Of a stretch of DNA of 64,000 nucleotides, positions 17,963-26,578 are shown piece by piece. The notes below the pieces were generated by a model. The model was given only the letters and a program-made list of their open reading frames with translations. It searched no databases and was not told where the DNA came from. Both the position numbers and the translations under genes were made by a program. This DNA is from Caldithrix sp. (lineage in GTDB: Bacteria > Zhuqueibacterota > Zhuqueibacteria > Thermofontimicrobiales > Sulfurfontimicrobiaceae): contig DYKB01000026.1 in NCBI GenBank assembly GCA_020722815.1, positions 9,774-73,773 of the forward strand, given 5' to 3'. Every line of letters starts with the position of its first letter. The stretch's first letter is position 1.

Positions 17963-19495
17963 TTAGGCAATAAATTGCTTTATCTTTGCCAGTCCAACTT
18001 TATAATTATCAAAACCATGACTGGCGCTAAAAAAGAAAAGTAATGCGCCGTCCTGATTCCGCCAGAAAAATTGTTTACCACCCAGATGATCCGCACACCA
18101 TGCCCAACTTTCATTCCAGAGCTGGTCACCATACATCGGATTGATAAATAAAGGATTTCGTAAATCTTCTAACCAGATTTGGCGTATTTTATCATATTTT
18201 ATAATCCCAAATAGTCGATTGGCCCGATTTCCGGATGTTTTCCAGCGACTGGTGCCGTCAATGATACAGTAAAGTTCATCCTCCCAGATAAAATAAGAGG
18301 GACAGTGCGTATGATTGCTCCGAAATGAGCCATTATGCCAGTTAATTGAGGTGAGTACGGGATTTGAAGATAAAGAACCGGGATCAAACGGCCCCAATTC
18401 GTCATCCGAAATCCCTTCCGAAAGAAACCATGTTGTCGGCGAATCATCGATCCGATTCACCCACATCATTCGATATTGATTATCATACTGAATAACAGTT
18501 GGAAAATATTCACCTGTTTTACAATTTGGCGCCGCCGGAATGATAATTTGTTTAAAATATTGAATATCACGGAAATATTCATCAAATTTTACGGCAACAA
18601 CACTCCATTTATCGCCAATCCGTCCATTTCCATAGCCCATCCAGTAGCCATCCTGGCGGCTTTTTATTATTGAAGTAATTTGAAATGAATCCCCTGAATG
18701 ATATGCCGCCGAACCTGTAAATATTGGCGCCATTGAATTTATCTCACTAGAATTCAATGGCTTAAAGGTATCATACCAGGGATCGTTCGTGATAAATGCC
18801 CCCACTTTTTGTTGCGGGTGTTCTTGCTTGCTTTGTCGACTTTCGCCATTTACGAGTAAGATAAATTTTCCATCACTTCGTTGAAACATCGCGGCAGGGG
18901 AGAGGTATGTCCGGCACCATTCAGGACGCTGGTCCAGTGGCGGTAAAGTAATGATTGGCGCAGGTTTAAATTCACAATTGATGAAGGGATTGTATAAAAC
19001 AACTCGACAACCTTTCCATTTTGCAATATCCTCAAGAAGTTCAGGTGGATGCGCCTTGTAATTTAAGGTTTTGTGCGCTTTATTTCCACCAATAATGAGC
19101 ACGATTTTCTCATAATCAAAATCTTTTGTACCGGGATCTGCTGGCTGCGCCGGTAGATCAACCACTAATAATGCCCATTTTTGAAGATGTTCGGCAGGTG
19201 AAAATAATTCAGGAATATCAGGCACCCATGATAATTTTAGAGTTTCCCGTGTAATTTCTTCGATAAAAATCGGGTGACAATCATCCATTTTGAGTGAATT
19301 ATTTAATTCTTCATTACGAATAAAACATTGTTGCCAGGGGAAATTTTCAAATAATTCCTGTCGCGCGATAAAAGCGGCGTAGGATTCCGTGAAAGAACTG
19401 CTTTTAGGAATCAAAATTTTTATGACGAAAGAGATCAGATCGGCAATAGCCGAAAAAATTCCCATAAATAAAATCTCCCGGGATAATGTGAGCAT
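17963..19495 (-). CDS. Hypothetical membrane-anchored protein; the C-terminal half may adopt a GH43/GH130-like beta-propeller fold (weak)
   Basis: 510-aa ORF with an N-terminal TM helix (ILFMGIFSAIADLISFVIKILI). It is rich in W/Y/G. The ending ...ALLFFFSASHGFDNYKVGLAKI resembles the last blade of five-bladed propeller glycosidases. No motif was confidently recognised. Confidence 0.55.
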   Translation of the reverse strand: MLTLSREILFMGIFSAIADLISFVIKILIPKSSSFTESYAAFIARQELFENFPWQQCFIRNEELNNSLKMDDCHPIFIEEITRETLKLSWVPDIPELFSPAEHLQKWALLVVDLPAQPADPGTKDFDYEKIVLIIGGNKAHKTLNYKAHPPELLEDIAKWKGCRVVLYNPFINCEFKPAPIITLPPLDQRPEWCRTYLSPAAMFQRSDGKFILLVNGESRQSKQEHPQQKVGAFITNDPWYDTFKPLNSSEINSMAPIFTGSAAYHSGDSFQITSIIKSRQDGYWMGYGNGRIGDKWSVVAVKFDEYFRDIQYFKQIIIPAAPNCKTGEYFPTVIQYDNQYRMMWVNRIDDSPTTWFLSEGISDDELGPFDPGSLSSNPVLTSINWHNGSFRSNHTHCPSYFIWEDELYCIIDGTSRWKTSGNRANRLFGIIKYDKIRQIWLEDLRNPLFINPMYGDQLWNESWAWCADHLGGKQFFWRNQDGALLFFFSASHGFDNYKVGLAKIKQFIA

Positions 19496-19518
19496 TTAAC
19501 GAGAAAAATTAATTAGTG

Positions 19519-19673
19519 CGTGTCCGAAGATACCCGATTCTGTCATGGCGAGGCGTTTTTTGCCGAAGCCTGTTCTTTAGGCTCGCAATCGCCTGGGGTA
19601 ACGGCTGAGATTGCTTCGTCGCCAAAAACGCTCCTCGTAATGACCGTACCGGCGGCTTTGGCGGACGGACACG
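19519..19673. repeat. Nested palindromic repeat, family B (core CTGTCATxGCGAGG...CCTCGxAATGAC)
   Basis: The outer arms are cgtgtccg (19519-19526) and cggacacg (19666-19673). The inner arms are ctgtcatggcgaggcgttttttgccgaagc and gattgcttcgtcgccaaaaacgctcctcgtaatgac. Track ORFs 19520..19744(+) and 19543..19731(-) are translations of this repeat. Confidence 0.8.
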
Positions 19674-19844
19674 AATTAGCCTTTTTATATATAGACGTAA
19701 AATTAAGGCAAATTAATCCCAAAATTTTCATTTTTTTTAGATAGGCTTCTAAAACATCTAAGAGGATTTAGTTTACATAATAACTATTATAAGACGTTAA
19801 AGTTTCGTAATTCCCGGATGGTTAAGGTGTATTTTTAGTTAACT

Positions 19845-21158
19845 TTATTTAAAATAATTGGTTAAGTCATTATAATTATGAAGCAATTCCTGAAGGTTTT
19901 GGTCGGATAATTCCGGTGAATGGAAAAAATAGAATGCCGTGAAAGTTTTTAACGAATCTGCTGGCCAGAATTCATTCCAATTCTGTCGATAAAACCGATT
20001 CCAATGTTCTCGCCGCTGAAATCCATGCCAATGCCAACTAATATGACCGTTTAGTGAATCGCTGGCAATATGAAAAGTTGAATGTCGCTTCCATTGTTTA
20101 TCAGGAATCAAAATACTTAGACATAAAGACGAATCCAAATAAACCGTGGTAAATAAGTTATCGCGTTGCTGTCGACTCTTTTTTCTCGCTACGAAATGAT
20201 ATTTAAGCCCGGTAATTTCATCTTTTAAGTAACTTAAAAATAAATAGCTATCAGGATTTTGGGCTATTTTATAATCATAAACATCCATTCCGGACTTTAT
20301 CCTGGCTGATTGTTTTTTCCAGCCGTAAAAATAAGTCATAACTTCTTTAAAATTAATAAGATTGAGTGAAAAGACCTCTGCCAGTTGAATCTGTGCATCT
20401 TTTTGGAATTTAACATTTTTAATATATAAAATTATCGGAATTTGATAAAAAAACGTATAAATCTGCGAATATTCGTATAATGAATCTGTAGTCCCCGAAA
20501 CTTCAAATTGGCACAAGAAGTCATTTTCTTTGATCAGGCGTATCCGGGCGTTTTTTGAATACTTTGTAAGGTGAACAATATTTTTTTCATCATTAATTTG
20601 TATAACATCTTGTATTTCAAGATTTTTCGAAGCATATTGTATTTTACTTAAACCATTACTTGAAATACCAAGTTTAAGCTGACCTGCAAGATCAATGAGA
20701 TATGTATTATCCAATTGTTTTAGATGGGACGACTTGGACCGCCTGCCTGAATAGGCCATAATTTGATAGTTACGCTTTTCATTCGGTTTAACATCCTTAA
20801 TCACCCAGAAAAATCGAACCTTTTTAATACTTTTATCAGTATGCAACTCGACAATCGTGCTGTAACAAGGAATAATTTCTTCCTGGTGCTTAATAAGAAA
20901 TTGGTTTTTATAAAATTGCTTTGGAGCAAATTCCTGCTCAAAAATTATAACTTTTTCTGGTAGCGCAACCCCTTTTTCTTCATTAAATTGATAAGTACCA
21001 ATTACCTGCTCTTTTGGACCACAATTCAAGACAATCAAAGCTCCCACTCCTAAAAGCAGTACCCCTAATTTTTTATTCCGACCTCTTCCCCATCGATTTT
21101 GCGCAATCAAATTGCTGAGCATTTGGGCCAATTCTGTGGCTATATTTTTCATTTTCAA
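19845..21158 (-). CDS. Hypothetical lipoprotein-like protein
   Basis: 437-aa ORF with a hydrophobic N-terminus ending in ...LIVLNCGPKEQ (lipobox-like). It is K/N/Y-rich and no family was recognised. Confidence 0.55.
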   Translation of the reverse strand: MKMKNIATELAQMLSNLIAQNRWGRGRNKKLGVLLLGVGALIVLNCGPKEQVIGTYQFNEEKGVALPEKVIIFEQEFAPKQFYKNQFLIKHQEEIIPCYSTIVELHTDKSIKKVRFFWVIKDVKPNEKRNYQIMAYSGRRSKSSHLKQLDNTYLIDLAGQLKLGISSNGLSKIQYASKNLEIQDVIQINDEKNIVHLTKYSKNARIRLIKENDFLCQFEVSGTTDSLYEYSQIYTFFYQIPIILYIKNVKFQKDAQIQLAEVFSLNLINFKEVMTYFYGWKKQSARIKSGMDVYDYKIAQNPDSYLFLSYLKDEITGLKYHFVARKKSRQQRDNLFTTVYLDSSLCLSILIPDKQWKRHSTFHIASDSLNGHISWHWHGFQRREHWNRFYRQNWNEFWPADSLKTFTAFYFFHSPELSDQNLQELLHNYNDLTNYFK

Positions 21159-21281
21159 CGTCTGGAATTTTAAATATCAGTAATTTTTATCGCTAAATTT
21201 TTTCGTGCCGTTGACAGGGAATATAATAAATTTTTGTCACATTTAAAAGGTTTTTATTCTATTTTTATAAGGAATGAAATA

Positions 21282-21752
21282 TTATGATAAGCCTTTGTTT
21301 TTCATGTAGTTTTGAATTCTTTGCGCATGATCTTTATCGTCTTGATTTAAATACTGAAAGAGCTTCAACGCTTTTGAACTTGGTTCAATTTCCATAGCAG
21401 CCTGAAAATGCAATTCACCAGCCGATTGTTCAATCTCCAACGCTAATTGCAGCGCGCTTTCCCAAGAAGGCGGTGTTTCTTGAAATTTGCTGATTAAATC
21501 TTTAACCTTTTGGTTAGTTCGAAGTAAAAGCTCCAGTTTACACGGTATAATTTCTTTTGGAAAAAGATTTACATCGATAAAATATTGTTGGCCAGACCTT
21601 AAAAGCGCGGCATGATTTTTTTCTTCAAGCGCCAATTTCCACCAAAAATCAGTATCTTCAGGAAATTGATGGCTGAAAAGTAGATACAATTCCGCAACAT
21701 TGAGTTCCAATTGAATAGCTTCATCCAGTATATGAGTAAGTTCTGTATCCAT
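21282..21752 (-). CDS. Ferritin-like / rubrerythrin-like four-helix-bundle protein
   Basis: 156 aa. LDEAIQLELNVAELYLLFSHQF...ALEEKNHAALL and ALEIEQSAGELHFQ look like paired E...ExxH di-iron-type helices. Confidence 0.5.
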   Translation of the reverse strand: MDTELTHILDEAIQLELNVAELYLLFSHQFPEDTDFWWKLALEEKNHAALLRSGQQYFIDVNLFPKEIIPCKLELLLRTNQKVKDLISKFQETPPSWESALQLALEIEQSAGELHFQAAMEIEPSSKALKLFQYLNQDDKDHAQRIQNYMKNKGLS

Positions 21753-21820
21753 TTTTCTCCTTTTTATTGATTTTTTGGGGTTATATTAAAAATGTCAATG
21801 TGACTATGGCTAATATTTTT

Positions 21821-22294
21821 CTAATATCCCTGAATATCCAGATTAGTCAATCCTGCCTTTTTTGCTGTAAGCACCGCTTCTTGATATTCAGAATAATTCA
21901 GCGAGTGCTTGATTTCATCAAATTTATATGCCTTGTTGCTGGATGATATTGTGACATTTTGTGCTATCCATTCAATCACCTGCTTCGTTCCACTCACCTG
22001 GTTTGGCATGACCAGGTGTCTTATCCTCAATCAATAAGTGGCAGTTTTAAGCCGTTACTGGTGGCTAACATCGCCCACCAGCGGTCGCGCTTCGCCAAAA
22101 TGGGGATTATATGAAGAGACCCTTAATTCAGCCGGAGCCTGGCAAATTCCAATTGCTCCGGCGAAACGATTTACCCGACACAGACGTGGGCAAAACACAC
22201 AATCATGCATTAACTCATAAAGCTTTCGCGCTCTCTTTTTTAATGCGCCTGTTTGATGAAGTTTAAGATAGACAGGTTCAAATTCAGCAAGCAT
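21821..22294 (-). pseudogene. PflX-like radical SAM enzyme gene with the catalytic core deleted
   Basis: ORF 22055..22294 encodes the typical N-terminus (YLKLHQTGALKKRARKLYELMHDCVFCPRLCRVNRFAGAIGICQAPAELRVSSYNPHFGEARPLVG). ORF 21821..22030 encodes the typical C-terminus (IRHLVMPNQVSGTKQVIEWIAQN...SEYQEAVLTAKKAGLTNL). The intervening CxxxCxxC radical-SAM core, roughly 170 aa in this family, is missing. Confidence 0.65.
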
Positions 22295-22343
22295 TTATCT
22301 ACCTGATTTTATTATTGCTATTAATTGAAGGATTGATTCACAA

Positions 22344-22384
22344 TAGAAGAAAATTAAGAAGAAGGCCGTAGCGAATACGGCCTT
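22344..22384 (-). terminator. Rho-independent terminator after the small membrane protein gene
   Basis: A 10-bp stem: gaaggccgta (22360-22369) with tacggccttc (22375-22384), loop gcgaa. A T-rich tract follows on the minus strand (ttcttaattttcttct). Confidence 0.6.
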
Positions 22385-22398
22385 CGAAATATTTTCGG

Positions 22399-22584
22399 TT
22401 AGCAGCCTTTGAGTGCATTTCCCGCTGATAGTAACAAAAATCCAAGCAATAAAATCCAGAAACCATAAACAGCAATAGACGTGCCAAGTAGTGTCATCAT
22501 TCCACCCAATTCAAGAACAACACCAATGATAGCCAAAATAATCGAAAGCCACCAGACGATTTTCTTCGGCGCACTTAGACGCAT
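22399..22584 (-). CDS. Small two-helix membrane protein
   Basis: 61 aa with two hydrophobic helices (VWWLSIILAIIGVVL, IAVYGFWILLLGFLLL). It has a strong RBS (GGGAGGATTTACA-ATG) and its own terminator. Confidence 0.6.
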   Translation of the reverse strand: MRLSAPKKIVWWLSIILAIIGVVLELGGMMTLLGTSIAVYGFWILLLGFLLLSAGNALKGC

Positions 22585-22659
22585 TGTAAATCCTCCCGGT
22601 GATAAATGAAAAAAGATGAATTAAAGGTCACTACTGTCCGAATGATTTTAAGAAACAAT

Positions 22660-22815
22660 GTATCTGCTCAATAACTGTGGGTGAAAAAACCTGTCATTGC
22701 GAGGCGTTTTTTGCCGAAGCAATCTCCTGATGTCGTGTGCGGGGATTGCTTCGTCGCCAAAAGCGCTCCTCGCAATGACATGACGTAGCATTACCCTTAT
22801 TTATTGAACGGATAC
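22660..22815. repeat. Nested palindromic repeat: family B core inside GTATCYGCTCAA-type termini
   Basis: The outer arms are gtatctgctcaataa (22660-22674) and ttattgaacggatac (22801-22815). The core 22691-22780 reads ctgtcattgcgaggcgttttttgccgaagcaatctcc...ggggattgcttcgtcgccaaaagcgctcctcgcaatgaca. Confidence 0.8.
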
Positions 22816-22866
22816 GAAACAATACCATGAACATCTATAAAAATATAAGTTTAAAATAGAAAAAAA

Positions 22867-23023
22867 GTATCCGCTCAAAATGTGTTGGTAGATTAAAAAT
22901 TAGTTTTTCAAATATGTTGATTTTTAAGCATAGCGCATGGAGCCGAGGGCATCGCAATATTGGTTTTCGCGATGCGCCATGCTCTATGCGCTTTGCAATT
23001 ACCCTCCTTTTTTGAGCGGATAC
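22867..23023. repeat. Nested palindromic repeat, family C core (GCATAGCGCATGG...) inside GTATCCGCTCAAAA termini
   Basis: The outer arms are gtatccgctcaaaa (22867-22880) and ttttgagcggatac (23010-23023). The inner imperfect arms are gcatagcgcatggagccgagggcatcgc and gcgatgcgccatgctctatgcgc. A further solo terminus, gtatccgctcagaaaaagagg, is at 23446-23466. Confidence 0.75.
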
Positions 23024-23611
23024 GAAAAAAATATGGGATCTACTTAAAATAATTTTTTATATTTAGGTCATTCTATTAAACAATTTTGAAAAGAATGACT
23101 CCTTCATTTATTTGGATTACTCATGGCAAATATCCGGCTGTAAAAATTCTAGATCAGTTTATTCCCGAACCTGCAGCAAGGGACGTAATTTTAAACTTTT
23201 ATATCGAATCTATTTTTAATTTTTTCATTTTCTTATAATACCTTAGCAACAGATTACCTGCTTTCATGCTGGTTGAAGCATGCCAAATTTAAAATTAATG
23301 TAACATATTATTTTTTTATTTGTTTCTTGCAAAAAAAAGCATACATTATTTATCTGACATGAGCACTTGCTCGAACCATCCGCTCTGGTGAAATGATAGA
23401 TGTTTTAATGATGATTGCTTTTCATTTTATATAGACCGAAGATGAGTATCCGCTCAGAAAAAGAGGGCCGGACCTCGCGGTTTTTGTTGAAAAATTCTGA
23501 ATATTTAGTTTAAGTACAGGGTTTCGATAAGAATGTCTTTAAGGTATGAATTTTGCCTGAGATTATTGAGTGGATAACCGAATGTTGGTGCTTTACCAGA
23601 GGTGATATGGC

Positions 23612-26332
23612 GTGAAGAAGAGTATTCGTTTTCGACAGTTTTGTATTATTTTTTTTATTCTTTTAATCCTGTATCTTTCAAATCTTTACAGCTACCTTCT
23701 ATTTCATACACTTGTCGAAATATTTACGGTTGTGGTGGCGTTTGTCATTTTTATTCTCGTCTGGAATTCCCGGCATCTCGTTCAAAATGCCTATTTCATT
23801 TTTTTAGGAATTGCCTTTCTTTTTATTGCCATTATCGATCTGGTACACGCACTTAGCTTTAGTGGTATGGGCATTTTTCAAGAAACCGGGGCAAATCGTC
23901 CCACCCAACTGTGGATCGCTGCCCGTTTCATGCAAAGTATTTCCCTGCTTATTGCACCATTTGTTATTCAAAAAAAATTTAATTACCTGCGACTGGTTCA
24001 TATTTATGCCTTTTTTACATTATTACTCCTGTTTTTAATTTTTCATTTATCTGTTTTTCCCGTTTGTTTTCACGAATTGTCGGGATTGACCCTTTTTAAA
24101 AAATTAAGTGAATTTATTTTTTCCATTTTTCTCTTGATTGCAATTTTTCTGCTCCACCGACGTCGTCACTATTTTGATACGAACGTTTATCATCTACTTA
24201 TCGCTTCTATTCTCATAACGATTGCGTCGGAGTTGACATTTACCTTGTACCGCGAAGTTTTGAGTATCCAGAATATGATTGGTCATTATTTAAAATTCAT
24301 TTCATATTATCTTCTCTACAAATCAATCATAGAAACCGCACTTGAAAAACCTTATTCACTTTTATTTCGGGATCTTAAAGTCCGGGAAGAAGCCCTATTG
24401 GAATCAGAACAAAAATATCGGAATCTTTTTGAGAACGCCAATGATTCTATTTTTATTGTTGATCCACGAACCAATAAAATACTGGACCTGAATGAGACGG
24501 CAGCATTCCGGCTAGGGTATTCCAAAAGTGAATTATGCGGTTGGAACTGGGATAAAATCGTCATTCCCATGACGGACGAACAAATTGAAACCATTCACAA
24601 AAAGTTATTGGCGGATGGTGTGGTTATTTATGAGCAGATACATCGCCGAAAAGATGGTTCACGGATATTGGTTGAGTTGAGTAGTCGGGTCATCACGTAT
24701 AATAAACTGATTGTTTTACAAAATCTGGTTCATGACATTACCTCGCGAAAAGAAGTGGAAAAAGAGCTGCGCGAAGCGAAAGAACTGGCAGAATTAGCCA
24801 ATCGTGTCAAATCAGAATTTCTCGCCAACATGTCCCATGAACTCCGTACACCACTGAATGCCATTATCGGATTTTCAGAAATTTTACAGGATATGAATTT
24901 CGGTGAACTGAATGCCCGGCAACTGGAATATATAAAGGACATAAAAGAAAGTGGCGAGTTATTATTATCGCTGATAAATGATATTCTTGATCTTTCAAAA
25001 ATTGAAGCCGGTAAAGCTGTTCTTAATTATTCACCAATTGACCTGGAATCGATGTTACAAAATTGTTTGAATTTGATAAAAGAAAAAGCACTTCGTCATC
25101 AATTAACGCTGATTCTTAATATTCCGGCTTCGCTCAAGGGTCGGGTGATAAAGGGCGATGAACGAAAACTTAAACAGATAATGATCAATCTACTTTCCAA
25201 TGCTGCCAAATTTACGCCTGATAATGGGACAATAACCGTTGATGTTGCGCTAACCGATAAGGAAATTTTAATCACGGTTTCAGATACTGGTATCGGAATT
25301 TCAAAAGAAGATCAAAAACATGTTTTTGAAGATTTTTATCAAGCTAAAGGGGGCCTGGCTGATAAAATTCCTGGAACCGGATTGGGATTGGCGTTAGTCA
25401 AACGATTTGTTGAGCTACATGGTGGAAGAATTTGGGCACAAAGTGAAGGACTTGGAAAAGGCAGTCAATTTACATTTACCTTACCGAACCAATTCGAGAT
25501 TATAATTGATGATATTACAGATTTGGAACAGGATGATTTTCTCGACAGAATTGTAACAGATGAAAAATTACTGGATGATTTATCCCATTTCATTCATCTC
25601 GCATTAAAAACAGGGCTTCATTTTAGCCTGTGCTGCCTGACGATGAACACAGAAAAGTCATTAAATCGAATGACTAAATTACTGCAAATCTTTGGCGATT
25701 TCGGAAAGAAATTGAAATTTATAGGTTTTGGCCTCTCGAGGGAGATATATTTTATTTTAACCGAAGTTAATCCACATCAAAGCCATTCGATTTGCGACAC
25801 GCTGGTTAAAAAACTAGAAAATTTGTTTCAATTGACAAATATTTCATATCAAATTGCATTTTATCCCGCGGAAGGACAAACTGCCGAATGTTTATTAAAT
25901 AAAGTAAGGGGAAAACGACTTCCCACCTGGAATCACCAGCATAAAACAGTTTTAATCGCTGCGGACGAACCGAACAATCTTAAATTGGCGCAAAATATCC
26001 TGGAAGTATCGGGCTATGCCACCATAGAAGCCACTGATGGTCAGCAAGCCATTGAACTGGCACGCTCCTATAATCCGGATTTGATTCTGATGGATATCCA
26101 GATGCCCGTCATGGATGGGCTGGAGGCTACCAAAGTCCTGAAGGCCGACCCGAAAACTCGTTTTATTCCTGTTATTGCACTCACCGCACATGCTATGAAA
26201 GGTGATGAAAACAAAGTACTGGCAGCCGGTTGTGAAGAGTATATTACCAAACCACTGGATACACAACGCTTGCTCCATGCTGTTGAATTATATCTCACGA
26301 AAAATTCACTTCCAATTACAAATTTCTCTTGA
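23612..26332 (+). CDS. Hybrid sensor histidine kinase: multi-pass membrane domain, PAS, HisKA, HATPase, degenerate GGDEF-like insert, receiver
   Basis: 906-aa ORF with a GTG start and about 7 hydrophobic helices. The PAS region reads YRNLFENANDSIFIVD. The H-box is SHELRTPLNAIIGFSE, and the N/G boxes are NLLSNAAKFTP and GTGLGLALVKRFVELHGG. The C-terminal REC domain reads VLIAADEPNNLKL...LILMDIQMPVMDG...ALTAHAMKGD...ITKP. Confidence 0.85.
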   Translation: MKKSIRFRQFCIIFFILLILYLSNLYSYLLFHTLVEIFTVVVAFVIFILVWNSRHLVQNAYFIFLGIAFLFIAIIDLVHALSFSGMGIFQETGANRPTQLWIAARFMQSISLLIAPFVIQKKFNYLRLVHIYAFFTLLLLFLIFHLSVFPVCFHELSGLTLFKKLSEFIFSIFLLIAIFLLHRRRHYFDTNVYHLLIASILITIASELTFTLYREVLSIQNMIGHYLKFISYYLLYKSIIETALEKPYSLLFRDLKVREEALLESEQKYRNLFENANDSIFIVDPRTNKILDLNETAAFRLGYSKSELCGWNWDKIVIPMTDEQIETIHKKLLADGVVIYEQIHRRKDGSRILVELSSRVITYNKLIVLQNLVHDITSRKEVEKELREAKELAELANRVKSEFLANMSHELRTPLNAIIGFSEILQDMNFGELNARQLEYIKDIKESGELLLSLINDILDLSKIEAGKAVLNYSPIDLESMLQNCLNLIKEKALRHQLTLILNIPASLKGRVIKGDERKLKQIMINLLSNAAKFTPDNGTITVDVALTDKEILITVSDTGIGISKEDQKHVFEDFYQAKGGLADKIPGTGLGLALVKRFVELHGGRIWAQSEGLGKGSQFTFTLPNQFEIIIDDITDLEQDDFLDRIVTDEKLLDDLSHFIHLALKTGLHFSLCCLTMNTEKSLNRMTKLLQIFGDFGKKLKFIGFGLSREIYFILTEVNPHQSHSICDTLVKKLENLFQLTNISYQIAFYPAEGQTAECLLNKVRGKRLPTWNHQHKTVLIAADEPNNLKLAQNILEVSGYATIEATDGQQAIELARSYNPDLILMDIQMPVMDGLEATKVLKADPKTRFIPVIALTAHAMKGDENKVLAAGCEEYITKPLDTQRLLHAVELYLTKNSLPITNFS

Positions 26333-26578
26333 AATTCTTCCCTGTTTTTCGCATATAACCTGAGAATCGATGCGTTCACTCTAAATAGACTATTGTTGCC
26401 ATTCTGAATAGAGCGAAATGAAGAATCCTTATTTTTCAATAACTTAAGCGATGCTTCGCTTCGCACAGAATAACAGAATTATACCTTTAAGAATGGGCTC
26501 ATCGATAAAGAAGTACTTTCGTATTCGCAGAATTGGTAAAAAATTCAAAGGCAGGCGTTTTTCTAAAAATCATCATCA

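Noticed and set aside
19520-19744. Track ORFs 19520..19744(+) and 19543..19731(-) as small proteins
   Set aside because: Both lie entirely within the family B palindrome. They are mirror translations of the same hairpin (VTAEIASSPKTLLVMT-type strings), with no RBS and no coding signal.
21200-21240. TTGACA at 21208-21213, and similar hexamers at about 38858 and 39126, as promoters
   Set aside because: There is no correctly spaced -10 element and/or no downstream gene on that strand.
19519-23023. CRISPR array, considered because of the recurring palindromic repeats
   Set aside because: The repeats are 135-160 bp long, differ in their loops, are scattered kilobases apart or irregularly spaced, and lack uniform spacers. 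No cas genes are present.
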